A stretch of 64,000 nucleotides of DNA, from positions 34,410,001-34,474,000 of the forward strand of contig NC_042999.1 in the NCBI RefSeq assembly GCF_006345805.1, written 5' to 3'. This document shows, piece by piece, positions 13,151-25,461 of this stretch; position 1 is the stretch's first letter, and the number at the start of each line of letters is the position of its first letter. The DNA comes from Octopus sinensis. Its lineage: Eukaryota. The position numbers and the translations under genes were made by a program. The notes under the pieces were generated by a model, which was not told the origin of the DNA, searched no databases, and saw only the letters and a program-made list of their open reading frames with translations.

Positions 13151-14683
13151 TTGGTATCAGAAATTATTTTGTGATCCTCCTATACCGGAGGAACATGTGC
13201 ATCACTATAAATATACTGTCTTTCTCTTTGAAGAGAAGGTTGAGTATAACTCTGGTTTAGAGCTACGATCAACTTAAATCAACAATGTCAGTTATTACTA
13301 CTGCTAAAACTACGGCTGATGTCCCTGACATCTTCAATTGTTTGAATGTTCTTTTATATAACATTATTCCTAAAAATCTCGTGGCTTTTCTCTACTTTTC
13401 TTCGCATTGAATTATAGCTTCCAATATAGTAGAGACTAAGCGAATTTTGTGGCTGACTTTATGTCACATATTCAGATTAGTTTAATCCATTATATAGCAC
13501 TATTCCTCTAAATCGATCATTTATGTTCTTACGGTTTTTATTAACTGCCTGCATAGACTGATCTTGTTTTCTATATTGCAATGACTTGGATGGCTTATGG
13601 ACTTTGTGTTGTATTTTCCATAAATATTGCCCCTCAATACTTATAAAAGTAGTATGGTGTTAAAATATATTCTGTAATGAATTAATCACATGCATCGACA
13701 GTTTCACTCTCTCTGCATTCTATTAATTGATTTTTCAGTTCATAGAGATATTCCTTCTAATCGCTATCGCTTATTTTCTTCTCTGTTGGCTTACCGAAAA
13801 TCACAATCAGAAATGGAAAATCAGAGTGACACATCTCGGTTAGAAAAGAAGCCTAGATTAATAAGAGTTAGTTGCCTGAAGAAAGAAATACAGGTGTGCT
13901 GATGGGGTCATACTGTGGGCCATTATCAGAGGATAATGGAAAGGATCCGCTCAGCGACAACACATTCCTTGGTTTCAATTGAAGAGCATTTCACTTTGAA
14001 TGGCTGTGAATAACGGTAGAGAAGAGTAGATGTGGTATTTTCCGAAGGCATTTAGGTGGAGTTGCTTGACAAAAACTGGCTGGGAATTTAGAAAATTTGG
14101 AGCAGGATTGATTCTATCATCATTGTGATGATTCTATGAAGTCGACGGAATTAAATGACAAAAAGGATTTGGTGACAAAAATGCAAAATGTATACAAGAA
14201 TCAGCTGAAGCAATCTGTGTAATGCAAGGACGTTTCCTTAGGTCTTCGGATGATGTTTTAGTTGAAAATATTTAAGAATCATGAGCGGGGACATATATAT
14301 ATATATATTTCTGAGTTTATATATTTAAATATACACGTATGTGTCTCATCGCTCTGATATCAGCAGATACCTGGTCGATTAGACGAGCGCATTTGTGCCT
14401 AGGATATTCTGAGTAATAAATGTGTGAGTAATTAACTTTTTGCCTAGAAACATATATTTGGTTCAGAGCTCTTTCATTTGCTTTGTACTCATCCTTCTGC
14501 ATTGAAATATAAAAATGTATGTGTAGGTATGCATAGGTACACATATGTATATATATATATACTAGCAGCATAGCCCGGCGTTGCCCGGGTATGTAAGAGC
14601 CCCTAGTAGGCAACGACTAATCCCAATGTAGTCCTTTCCCTCCAGGGAACGAAGGTGCATGTGGACGTTGCAATGTCTTGTCT

Positions 14684-17600
14684 TCACTGGAATACTTCTG
14701 TATATACGATGTTCCTAGCTGTCCGTTTGGGCGAAAACATGAAAACATCATTGCGCCTCCCAACGCGTGAACAGCCCACGTAGAGTTGACCGTGGGCGAA
14801 GCACTGTTCGCCCAAATGTAACCCAGCGACTTGTAGCGTTTGGCCTTGGGATTTATTGATGGACATTGCGAAGCAGAGTTTAACAGGAAACTGAGAACGC
14901 CTGAAGTGGATTGGTAGGTCAGCGCCCGACGGTTGAAGGTGCATCCGTGGAATGAAGAGGTCCTCTCCCTTCCCACAACCGGTAAGTATTGTGGCCGTTA
15001 TTAAATGTGGTGCCAAATGTTTCACAACCAAACGTGTGCCGTTGCACTGTTTAGGTGGAACCAAATTCCTGATGCGCATAATGGGCGCACCGACTTTTAA
15101 CTTCAGGATGTGTGGTGGCAGGCCTGGCGGTTCAAGTGAATTCAGGAATTCAACAGGATAATCGGCAAGCTGGGCGGGGTCTGCTGTCCTATCTATAGAT
15201 TTGTAGACGTGGACATCACCAGGAATAGCTTCAAGTAGCTGGATATTGATGGAGTTGACGGTTGTATTTTTGGGTGCGAGAATAGCTCTGCCTGCCAGCC
15301 ATTTTAGGTCGCGTAAATTGTTTTGTAGGTCGTGGAAGACAGCGTCCCGGAGGCTAGCAGGGGTGTCGACAATGGTGCAAAGTGAGTCCAATTGAACGTA
15401 GCCATCCGCATCAGACAGCATCCTATTTTCACCGAGCGATAAGAGGTCCCTGGAGAATGCAGCGGATCCGCTGTCACCAATTAACTGCGCGCGCATGTTA
15501 GTTTGGAGGTGCAAGGGCCGCACATGTGCCCAAAGAGCTGACGACTTAAGGCACGCGCGCACGGCATCGGCACGGGTTCCTTTTGGAATAACAGGTAGAG
15601 TCTGCCTGAAGTCTCCTGAAAGAAGTAAAGTTAATCCTCCCATGGGGGCCGTAGAGTCTCTGATGTCTTGCAGGGACCTGTCCAGTGCCTCAAAGGCGCC
15701 TTTGTGTGCCATAGTGCACTCGTCCCATACGATGAGTTTGCATCTGCGAAGAATGTCGGCCTGTTCTGAGTTCTTGGCGATGTTGCAGATAGGTGACTCG
15801 GACTTTGCCAGATCGAGCGGGAGTCTGAAGGCAGAGTGGGCGGTTCTGCCACCCGGAAGCAACGTGGCCGCGATACCAGAGGAAACTACAGCCAGGGCAA
15901 TGTCCGTGTTGCGTCTGACCTCTGCCAGAATTAGTTTAGTGACGAAGGTTTTGCCTGTGCCGCCGGGTGCATCAAGGAAGAAAATCCCCCCACGTTGCTG
16001 TCTGACAGAGTCTACGATGGTGTTGTAGGCTATGCGCTGGTCTGGAAGCAGCCGTGGTTCATTATCTTGGACGTACTGGTGCAGTTCCTCAATGCAGTAG
16101 GAAGTTTCGCGTAACAATTCAGCAGACATAACATTGGCGTGTTCACGTGTGGGTGGTGGAAGGCCGTACTCTGTTAAAGCAGACCCACCCATATCGATGA
16201 CAGCGTCTTCGAGTTGAATGAGCGCAAAATTGTAAATGAAGTTGGTGAACGTGATCTCGGCGGAAGGGCAGTGTTGCTGAGCCGTACGTAAGAAGTCGTG
16301 CGACATGTCATCCCTGTATTTCATCCAGAGACTTAGTGGATGACTAAGCTGACATTTTTGAAGAAGGATTGCGAAAAGATGTCGCAGGGCCGAATGCGTT
16401 TGCAGTAAAGCACCCTCTGCCATCGTGGCGTCCCACTGGGAGTCATCCTCTAGAAGGCCAAGTCTCATACATGCTTCCCTGAAGGTGTCGCACAGAACCC
16501 CATTGACGGTACTTATATTGGCGAAACCTGTTGGACCAGTGACCTCATGTAGAAGGAGACGGAGGTAGAAGCATTCTTGCTGGTTTGGCGGGATGTTGTA
16601 AACTCGACCCAGGCAGGAGTCAAACTTGACGCCTGGGAAGCTTTCGACGTTTTTGCCGGATTTCCGTCGAACCCAGGTGTTTTTAGACCACACGAAGTAC
16701 GATGGGACCTGTGGGTACAAAAGCGTTCGAGCGAAGTCATCACGTTGGCATAATTTGAAGAAACCAGTCAACGTTGTGTCTTTAGGGCTGGTGGCTATCT
16801 GCACAGCACTTTGCTCTGTGAAGTAAATCCGCTGTCCATTTTCCAAGTGTACAGCAAGCTGCACCACAGCCGGGTGTCTCTGATGGAGCAGGAAGCCGTA
16901 AATGCGCCAAAACGCTTCGTTGCTGCTGAGGTACCGGCCAGCCAAGTAGTTGGACACTTCGTCGCGACTGGTGGTCCTCTGGATGCTGAACATGGCAGCA
17001 TCGCTGCCTTTGTTGATATATTTGCAGACATATTGTATTGACCTGATGGAGCTGCAGAACTCAACGTTGACGTGGGCTTTGAATATCTTCGACAGGAGAG
17101 GACAGTAGGGGACAATGTAGCTGTTGTCCACTTGATGTCGCCCAACCGTAATCGTGCGGCCTCCATTGGCTGGACTCCTTCGTTTGTACAGCGGATACCC
17201 ATCGCCGCCTGTTTGAGTCTCCAAAGTGAACCGTTTAGGGAATCCCTTTGAGCAGGCTAATCCGGTTTTGTAGCATGGTGTGTTGGCGTAATTTGGTCCA
17301 CAGGGCCCGTGTACCATGGTAGTGCGGACAATTTCGTAGAGTCTGGGGTCCTCATCGGGGTCAGGAATCTCGGCGGAAATGAATTTGTCAATGTCATTAG
17401 TCTCAATTTTATGAGTGAGCCAAAATTAAGATGTGAGCATGTGGCAAGCCCCTCTTTTGCCACTCGACCGAAAACATGTGGCACCTGACATGCCCGAAAA
17501 TCTGACCCTTAACTATCAAATCCTTCATTTTGCCCAAATTCAGACGGAAAACCCTAGCAACGATGTCGTGTCGATGGGTGTGAGATTGACCCGGGAGGAT

Positions 17601-19556
17601 TTCGCGAGTGATTTCGTCGCAGCTGGGATTGCACGTGTACGTGATAAAGAGGTCCGGCCGGCCGTAAATGCGCACGTAGGTCAAGGCGTCTTGGGTCCTT
17701 TCACGCATATATCGCGGTCCTCCCGTGAAGGTGGAGGGTAGAATGCATGGCTTGCCGATGTTGCGAGGGTCATTTTCTTGTTGCAAACCGTCACGGAGAT
17801 GAATGTAGGAGTCGGAGCGAAGTTTGGTCTGATTAAGTTTAATGTATAGCAGCCTTTCCGATTCCATTTTTGCGGCCATGTCGACGGCGAACTGGTTGAA
17901 TAGCTGACGACAACGGGGCAATAAGTTGAACTCACCCTCCCTGACCATGAACCGGTATGAGTAGAACGCCCTGCAGGAAACCGTCTTTGATGCCGCAGTA
18001 GTTTGATTGGAGGGCTGCCGTAAAGGAATTCCGAAGTGGTAGCCATCTTCCCCATAAGGGAAAAGCAATGGATACTGAAGCGCGTCATAAGATCTGTGAG
18101 TCTCGCTGATCCTGTGTAGGTTGTTACCACGGGAGGAGATGATTATGTCACGGCTGTTGTGTTGCTCTCCGTGTATAACTGCGGCAATTTCGTTGCACGC
18201 AGGTGCGTTGAAACGGCGTTCGTGCTCCCCGTGGGGTCGTTTATCAGCATCAATGACAACGGTGAAGTTTGGAGAAGGAGCACTGTCCAAGGCATATCTG
18301 AAGCTGCAGACGTAGCTGTTGATATCATGAAGCATGGTTTGGAGACGGAGAAGAATGTCTTTGCGGGGAACATAGCTTGTACCCGGTATTATTCCAAGGC
18401 GTGCATCAACCTGGTGGTTGTAGTCGGCAATGAAGTATATTTGGAGGAAAGAAGACTGCTGAATCTCGTCTGGCAGAAGTGACCCAATAAGATGGTAGAC
18501 CTGTCCCTGCACTTTGAAAGTAGGCATCCAGCCTTCTCTGGGAGGAATTTTGGCCCCGAAAGAGGTCATTTGGAATGAGCAGTTGTACTTTCGAATTATT
18601 TCAAGGAATTGTGACGAATCGGGGGTTAAACCCGCCGCGAGATCCTTCAGTGGTTGAGGTGGTTGCCGTAGGGGTGGCAGGTCCACTTTGCCACCAGAGC
18701 AGCACAAACCAGGTGGCTCTCCGGGCCATTTCTTGGCTTTGCAAAACTGGCATACAATTGTCATTGACCCTATCTTGATGTCGTCACGCAAGGAAAAGTT
18801 AATTGTGGCGTCGTAGTTGAATGCTAGTGACAACCAGAAAGCGGGGGCAGGGGTACGTACACCACGAATGATATCCCGACGTTTGTTGATACTCTCAAGT
18901 CGAGTGCACCGTGCCTCAGCAGATTCAGATGCACGTGCGACAGCGGTAGCAGTGGCATCCCTTGAAAGCATTTCAGCTCTCGCCTCAGCACCCTCTGAAG
19001 CCCTAACAGAAGCAGTGTTAATGGCATGTCTGGATGTCCGAATAGTCCGTTGGTGTGGAGTTTCGGCAGATCGAGCCCTGGCTGTGTTTGCGGCGTTAGC
19101 AGCTTGGCGAGCTCTCCTCTGTTGAGGTGTTTCGGCAGCTTTGGCCATGGCTTTGTTTGCGGCGTCAGCATCTTGGCGAGTTCTCCTCTGCTGTGAGGTT
19201 TCGACAGATCGTGTCCTGGCAGTGCTAGTGGCGTTAGCCGCATTCCGAATGGCCCTTTGTTCGGGGTTCTCGCGAGCTCTGCGGATGGAAGCACAGTAAG
19301 AAGCCCGCATGTTTTGGCTGGACTGTTGCTCTTTCGTCAACCTCAAGCGGAGGGAAGATCTGTACGCTGCGACCCTTGCAAGTCGGGTAGAACGGTCGCT
19401 AGTAGTTTCAGATGCCTGAGCAGCGGCATAACGGGAAGCTGGTTGCGAGAGGCGCAAGGCGGTTTCCTCGTGGGTCTCGCGTGCCCTTCTAGCCCTAGCA
19501 GCCGATGCCTTGGCCGTCCGAGGGCTGAGGATGGTCCTTCTCTTCTTGGGTGGCAT
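14684..19556 (-). pseudogene. Helitron Rep-helicase (HUH Rep plus PIF1-family SF1 helicase, N-terminal 23-aa repeats), about 1623 aa once one frameshift is repaired
   Basis: Starts MPPKKRRT at ATG 19556. Cys motif CQFC..KKW..CCSGG; Rep motifs PDLFITYTCNP, EWQKRGLPHAHILIW and YVCKYINKG; helicase motifs APGGTGKT, LIVWDE, GDFRQTLPV, QFPVKLCFAMSINKSQGQ and HGQLYVGCSRV. One extra base in the A4 run at 17422-17425 splits the track ORFs 17409..19826 and 14684..17317. Removing it gives [45 protein letters not shown]. Confidence 0.93.
18858..19478 (-). repeat. Nine in-frame 69-nt (23-aa) STPR-like repeats in the Helitron N-terminus
   Basis: Units such as ETHEETALRLSQPASRYAAAQAS, ENPEQRAIRNAANATSTARTRSV and ETPQQRRARQAANAANTARARSA are each exactly 23 aa, mostly with E at position 1 and R at position 9. 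Confidence 0.8.
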
Positions 19557-20706
19557 TTTGGTGGATAGCAATGTGTTTGGCAAAGGTGTAATAAAAAGGA
19601 ACACGTGGGGTAAGTATTTTGGTGGATAGCAATGTGTTTGGTAAAGGTGTAATAAAAAGGAGCTCGTGGGGTAAGTATCCGAAAATGTATAAAAATGTAC
19701 AAAAACGGCCAAAAAGCTGGCAGCAATGTGAGTGACAACAACGAAAAAGTCAAAAGTGATCAAACTGAACAAACGAAAGGAAAAGTTTTTTGATGCACAC
19801 GACAAAAGTGGTTTATAATAAACCAAGAGTTTGCAAGTAGCGTCCGAGGACCGTTAGGGTACGTCAAAATTTGAAGGTAAAACGTTTGGGGTGGTAGTTA
19901 TAAAGAAAGTTTAAACCCAAAAAGTATTCGAATAACTTGCGGCTGCAGCAGCTATTAGCAGAAGTGGCGGTGTTGGGGGTAAAGTCTCGAATGTAATTTC
20001 TTCGTGGTAGGAATTGGTTGGATCGAATTATCGATAGCTAAAAAGGTCAAGTTGCGTCCCCTAGACAGTCTGGTTTGTGTTTAATACACAAATTTGTTTG
20101 CTATGTGTGCCACATATGATTAAATTAACCGATTTTTTCCAATAATGTATCCTATTGGAATAAAAAGGGCTATATAGCTCCTTGGAGCAGACATGATGCT
20201 CGTTGTGAAAAAAAAAAGATTCCTGCCAATTTGTGAAAGATATTGTCGAAAATATGTCATCTTGAATTTGAACGCGATTTCCCAAAATGGCATGATTTTA
20301 TCGATTGTTTCTGATGGTAAGGTATTGCATGGAAAACTAACGTCAGAATTGAGTTTCTTAGGGTAACATTAAGCTTCACCATGAGTTTGGTGAAAATCGA
20401 TTGCAAGTTGTGAAAACTACCATAGTTATGCGTTGCATAAAAAAAGCTTAGATTCTCGAGTTGCGTCCCCTAGACAGTCTGTGGTTCATGTTTATGATTC
20501 TCGACCCCATGTCGAATTTATCAATTTTTTTCAGAACTGGGGGAACTTTTCAAAATTTTCGCTTCGTTAGTTTTGAATTATGACATTGGGCTATGTGTGT
20601 GTCAAGTTTCATCAGAATCGGTTGAAAGCCGTGGTCAGGGTGAGGGTACGAGAAAACAGACACACAGAAGCACGCACAGACAAACTGCCGTTTATATATA
20701 GAGAGA

Positions 20707-21080
20707 TATATATTTATATATATGTATGTATATGTATGTGTGTGTATATGTGTGTGTATGTGTATATATGTGTATATAGGGACTAGTGTGCTGTGTGTGC
20801 ATATGTGTGTGTGGATATGTGTTTGTATGCGCGTATGTGAGTATGTGTGTGTATGTGTATATATATTTTTTTGTATGTATGTGTGGTCGTGTGTGTATAT
20901 ATACATGTGTGTATACGTGTATGCATGTGAGTGTGTGTATGTATACATATATGTGTATGTGTAGATATGTATATGTATGTGTAAGTGTATATATATGTAT
21001 ATATGTGTGTGTGTACGTATGTGTGTATGTATATGTATATATGTTTGTATGTGTGTGTATATATGTATACATATGTGCAT
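20707..21080. repeat. (TA)n/(TG)n compound microsatellite
   Basis: Direct repeat runs. Confidence 0.95.
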
Positions 21081-21323
21081 GGGTATAAGTGAGAATCTCC
21101 TTATTTACCTAAAACTCTATTCCCTTTTTTTATATATATTTTTATATATTTTTGTATATATTTTTTTATTTTTTTATTTATTCTTCTATCTAATTTAACA
21201 CTGACTCCTTGACCACTCCCCCAAGTATGATATTTTGCGCTATGCCTACCCCCAAAAAGTCCCCCACCAACACCCCTTTAAACCTGCCTAAATGTATAAA
21301 TGCCAATACAATTCTTGTTAACT

Positions 21324-21374
21324 AGCTTCCTGAAGATTTCTCTTGAATGAAACAGTTCTAGTCCTGTAGAAGCT
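21324..21374 (+). ncRNA. Type I hammerhead ribozyme motif in a PLE-like tail
   Basis: agcttc-CTGAAGA-tttc(tctt)gaat-GAAAC-ag(ttctagtc)ct-GTA-gaagct. Stem I is 6 bp and stem III is intact; stem II is only 3 bp plus a T-T mismatch. Confidence 0.65.
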
Positions 21375-21479
21375 CCTTCTATATAATAAATTAATTTTAC
21401 TCTACTATGTATTGAGTACCTTATTTACTGTGGTTAACCCCGAATCAACCCGGGACCTACATATATATATATATATATA

Positions 21480-22665
21480 TACATACTAAATGTTCTACTA
21501 TATTATATTGTAAATCGAAAGATTTGTCCTTCAATGTATGATGAGTAAAATTTCAGCCATTTAATTTGGGGAAGAACTTAGCTATGAAACATTTTTCCAT
21601 ATTCCTCCCGAAAGAAGTGTCGTTCTTCGGACATTTGTAGAAGGGAAAGATCTTAAATTTTTCTTTCTCCACACGTAGCTAGGTGTGTACTTAGTGGTAT
21701 TTTGCGTAGTTCTTCCTGCCGAATATGTTGTCGGTGAATCCTGGCTCGCTGGCACAAAGAATTAGCAGTTTCACCTACGTAATTATCCTTGTATGTGGGG
21801 CAGGTTATGCAGTATATAACGTTCTGCGTCTTGCAGTTCATACCTGCATTTACTTTGAATACGTAACCACTTTTAAATCTCATCTCTCTGTTTCCCTCTA
21901 TGTATTTGTAGGTGGGGTTGCTGCAGATCCCACATCTACCATCTCCGCACTCTTTTGCCAAGAATTCCGTTTTAGTTTCTGAAGAGAATTTCGCTCTTGT
22001 CAGATGTTTCTTTAGGTTTTTGTCCTGTCGTCTACTGTTTTTTATGCTATATTTGTTTAATATGTTTTTCATTTTGGGGCTTTGTAAGGCTATTGGTAGG
22101 TTTGAATGTATGGTTTGGAAGATGTTGGTAACTCCAGGGTTGTGCGTGTTTATAAAAGGGATAATGTTTTCTTTGTTTTTTGTTTTGGGTGTCCTGAGTT
22201 GTGCGATGTCTAGTTTTAATGCTCTTGTGATTCCATTTTCTATTAGTTTAAGGGAGTATTTTTGCTCTAGGAGCAAGTTTTTGAGTTCATCTAGTCTTAT
22301 TAGTCGTATTTGTGAATCAGTTACTATGCTACATATTCGTCTTGCCATACTATATGGGATGTTTCTTTTTGTGTGGGATGGGTGGCAGGAATGGAAATTT
22401 AAATATTGGTGTGCGTCAGTTTTTTTTTTTGTAGTGGATGTCTGTTGTGACGATGGAGTTGTGTATTTTGATGTTGATGTCTAGGAAGGGAAGTTCGTTG
22501 TGGCTGGTATCTATTGTGACGTTGATAGATGGATGCATCGTATTCAGGATGTTGTGGAATGTTCGTAGATCTTCTTCTGATCTGTTTCAAAAGATGAGGC
22601 AGTCATCGAGGTAGCGTTTCCACTTTTTCTTGATGTCTCCTCTGAAGTCGTGTTCGAAGACTTTC
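21480..22665 (-). mobile_element. Penelope-like element, 5'-truncated RT C-terminus plus GIY-YIG endonuclease (frameshifted)
   Basis: KWKRYLDD (YLDD at 22602-22613), ELPFLDI, HPSHTKRNIPYSMARRICSI, GIY-YIG NVIYCITC...NYVGET...RxxxH, and C-terminal FIAKFFPKLN. Confidence 0.9.
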
Positions 22666-22679
22666 CCAATTTCATCGCA

Positions 22680-22700
22680 TATACGAATGTATATATATAT

Positions 22701-22762
<62 letters not shown>

Positions 22763-22784
22763 TATATTTATATATATATATATT

Positions 22785-22875
<91 letters not shown>

Positions 22876-22950
22876 TACATATATTATATATATATTATAT
22901 ATATGTTATATATTATATATATATATATATATAATATATATATATACATA
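22680..22950. repeat. (TA)n microsatellite
   Basis: Direct repeat run. Confidence 0.95.
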
Positions 22951-24037
22951 CACATGCATTCATGTATATATTATTTGTACGAGAAAAGAACTGTTTAGAA
23001 AGAAGTAATTCAAAAAGATGTTCACATGCTTTTACTTAAAATAAATTGTACAATGCTATATTTCTTGTTGAAGCATGTTCAGATTATTTTCATTTCACAG
23101 ACTGAGGCCCTTCTTATTTCCTCATACGGTCTTCGTTTTGCAGTTTTAAAAGCTACATCGGAATAGTATTGTGTGCATTCTGTATTTGCTATCTTTTGTA
23201 AAACAGAGCATTATTAAATAATGTGAAAGTAGAGAAGCAGACAACTTTAAAAATAAACATAACCCGAATTAAAAATATATTTTCATTCCGAGATTGTTAC
23301 ATTGATAATCATTAACAAAACATTCGGATAGAGCAAGAAAACAAACATCAATAAGTTTAATTTCTTCAAAATAACAATATATTGTTTTCAAACGTAGATC
23401 GAAATTCAGTAGAAAACAATATATTTATTATAAAGTAATTTCTTCTATTTCACATATCATGCTGACGTATGACAATACGTATGAAACATTTTTTTTTAAA
23501 TTGCTTAGCTTGAAAAGAAGCAACTATAAAACCATTTAACTGATCGTGTATAGTGATATTCTAATCAATGAAAGGTAATTGAAATTCTAAGGTTACGTCG
23601 AAGTGAATAATACACATGTTAACATTTATAATGTTATATTTGTTTTGTTGCGCATGCCGGTAAAGAATTTGGATCTGTTGCCGTTAAGAAATTGGCTTCT
23701 TCACTACATGCTTCCGTGTTCCGTTCTCAGTACACCGAACTTTCAGGAAGTGCCTTCAACGGTAGCGTAAACTGGGCCAAACCCGAGATAGTGGAATTTT
23801 ACGCAAAAAAGCAACTGGAAACACATCAGATAGACAAATTCTCTCCGTGAATCTCACAGATATTAAGCAGTAGATTTTACCAGTCACCAAATTAATCACA
23901 TTTTTTCCACGTGTACTCTTAGTGTGCCTCCACATAGTTGTAATCAATCGATGTTAGGACTCCCCCTTAATAACTCCCTACTGAGTGCCTCTCGTGTGAA
24001 GAGCTGGTTGATGGAGGTTGCTTTTCGTCCTCTGATT

Positions 24038-24262
24038 ACTCTTTTACTTGTTTCAGTCATTTCACTGCGGCCATGCTGGAGCACTGCCTTTAGTCGAGCA
24101 AATCGACCCTAGGACTTATTCTTTGTAAGCCTAGTTCTTATTCTATCGGTCTCTTTTGCCGAACCGCTAAGTTACGGGGACGTAAACACACCAGCATCTG
24201 TAGTGAATCGATGTTGGAGGGGACAAACATATACACACAAATATATACATACATACATATAT

Positions 24263-24355
<93 letters not shown>

Positions 24356-24510
24356 TACGACGGGATTCTTTCAGTTTCCGTCTACCAAATCCACTCACAA
24401 GGCTTTGATCGGTCCGAAGCTATGGTAGAAGACACGTGCCCAATGTGCCACGCAGTGAGACTGAAACCAGAACCATGTGGTTCGAAAGCAAGCTACACAG
24501 CCACTCTTAC
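24038..24510 (-). mobile_element. SINE family B (tRNA-like head, internal TA/TG microsatellite), full length
   Basis: On the minus strand: tggctgtgtagc...aaccacatggttctggtttcagtc...ggaaactgaaagaatcccgtcg-(TA)n-...gtcgatttgctcgactaaaggcagtgctccagcatggccgcag...gactgaaacaagtaaaagagtaa. Confidence 0.9.
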
Positions 24511-25461
24511 GCCTATAATTATTTAAAAATACACAAAATAACCGACTTGAAAGATACAATTTTTAATATAGTCTATAGATATAAATTTGATTATAGATTA
24601 TTTACCATGTTTATCTGTATAGAGATAAAGATGCTGAGCATAGATGTAATATTAACGCCAAAACTCTTAAGAATGTACTTTATTTAATATCACCCATTTT
24701 GTGTTCCTTGGAAGACAATGAATGCTAACATACGACAGTCCATATATGTAATTGCTTTATCCGCAAGAAACAGAATAAATTTCACTCAAATCACATCATA
24801 CTGTCATAAATTGCGTATTGTATATTCAGTAATGTCATACCAGTACAGAAAATGACAGGTAGATCGCTCGTAGAAAGTTCTGTGGGCATTGTGTTAAACA
24901 ACAATAGAATTCAGTCGTCTGCAAATTACGCTCGCTTTTGTGCATGTATAGCCACTTAGTTAAAAGATGCACAGCATTGATATAAAAAAAGCATATCAGA
25001 CACTCATAAGTGAGTATGACTTGATAGCCTGTACGATTTTTTCGCTAAATATTTTAGGTGCAATTGTTGTTGCGATAGAACACAGATATGTCATCTTTCT
25101 ACCCTTCATCCGAATGGAATATCTAAGATGTCGAGACCGGAGAGCAAAGGGCTGCGCTAGCTTTAACTCAGTGCTTTTATGAGCTAAGTTGACTTGAATG
25201 AAATGCCCTGCTCAAGGACACAACGCTTAACTCAGCCTAGGAATCAGACCCATGAAGATGTAATATCAATTGATATCCTAACAACTAGGTCACGTGAGTA
25301 CTGAGTTACAAAAACGCTTTTAGATACCAGAAAAAAGTCCGTAACATAGCCTTCCTATTTTAAATTCCCTAACAGCCAAGACGACAAGCAATGTAATATT
25401 TCGTAACTACAAAAAATAAAAGTAGCATTTGATACTGATTTCAAATTAAAGTAACATTCGA

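Larger units (their letters stand above)
14562..20706 (-). mobile_element. Full-length Helitron (rolling-circle DNA transposon), 6145 bp
   Basis: The minus-strand 5' end is A|TCTCTCTATATATAAACGG (20706). The 3' end has a GC hairpin cccggcgttgcccggg (14574-14589) 8 nt from CTAG|T (14562-14565). It is inserted between A and T in (AT)n and encodes RepHel. Confidence 0.95.

Noticed and set aside
14952-19568. Plus-strand ORFs overlapping the Helitron (e.g. 15495..16028, 17433..17741, 18159..18482, 18817..19125)
   Set aside because: Antisense shadows of a GC-rich coding sequence, with no recognisable motifs.
19557-19826. N-terminal 90 aa of track ORF 17409..19826
   Set aside because: It starts at a non-ATG codon and translates the 60-nt tandem repeat. 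The ATG at 19556 (MPPKKRR) is the more plausible start.
23040-23210. Possible exon (minus: ANTECTQYYSDVAFKTAKRRPYEEIRRASVCEMKNNLNMLQQEI*; plus: TEALLISSYGLRFAVLKATSE*)
   Set aside because: Splice signals are ambiguous and there is no recognisable homology; it cannot be supported without RNA data.
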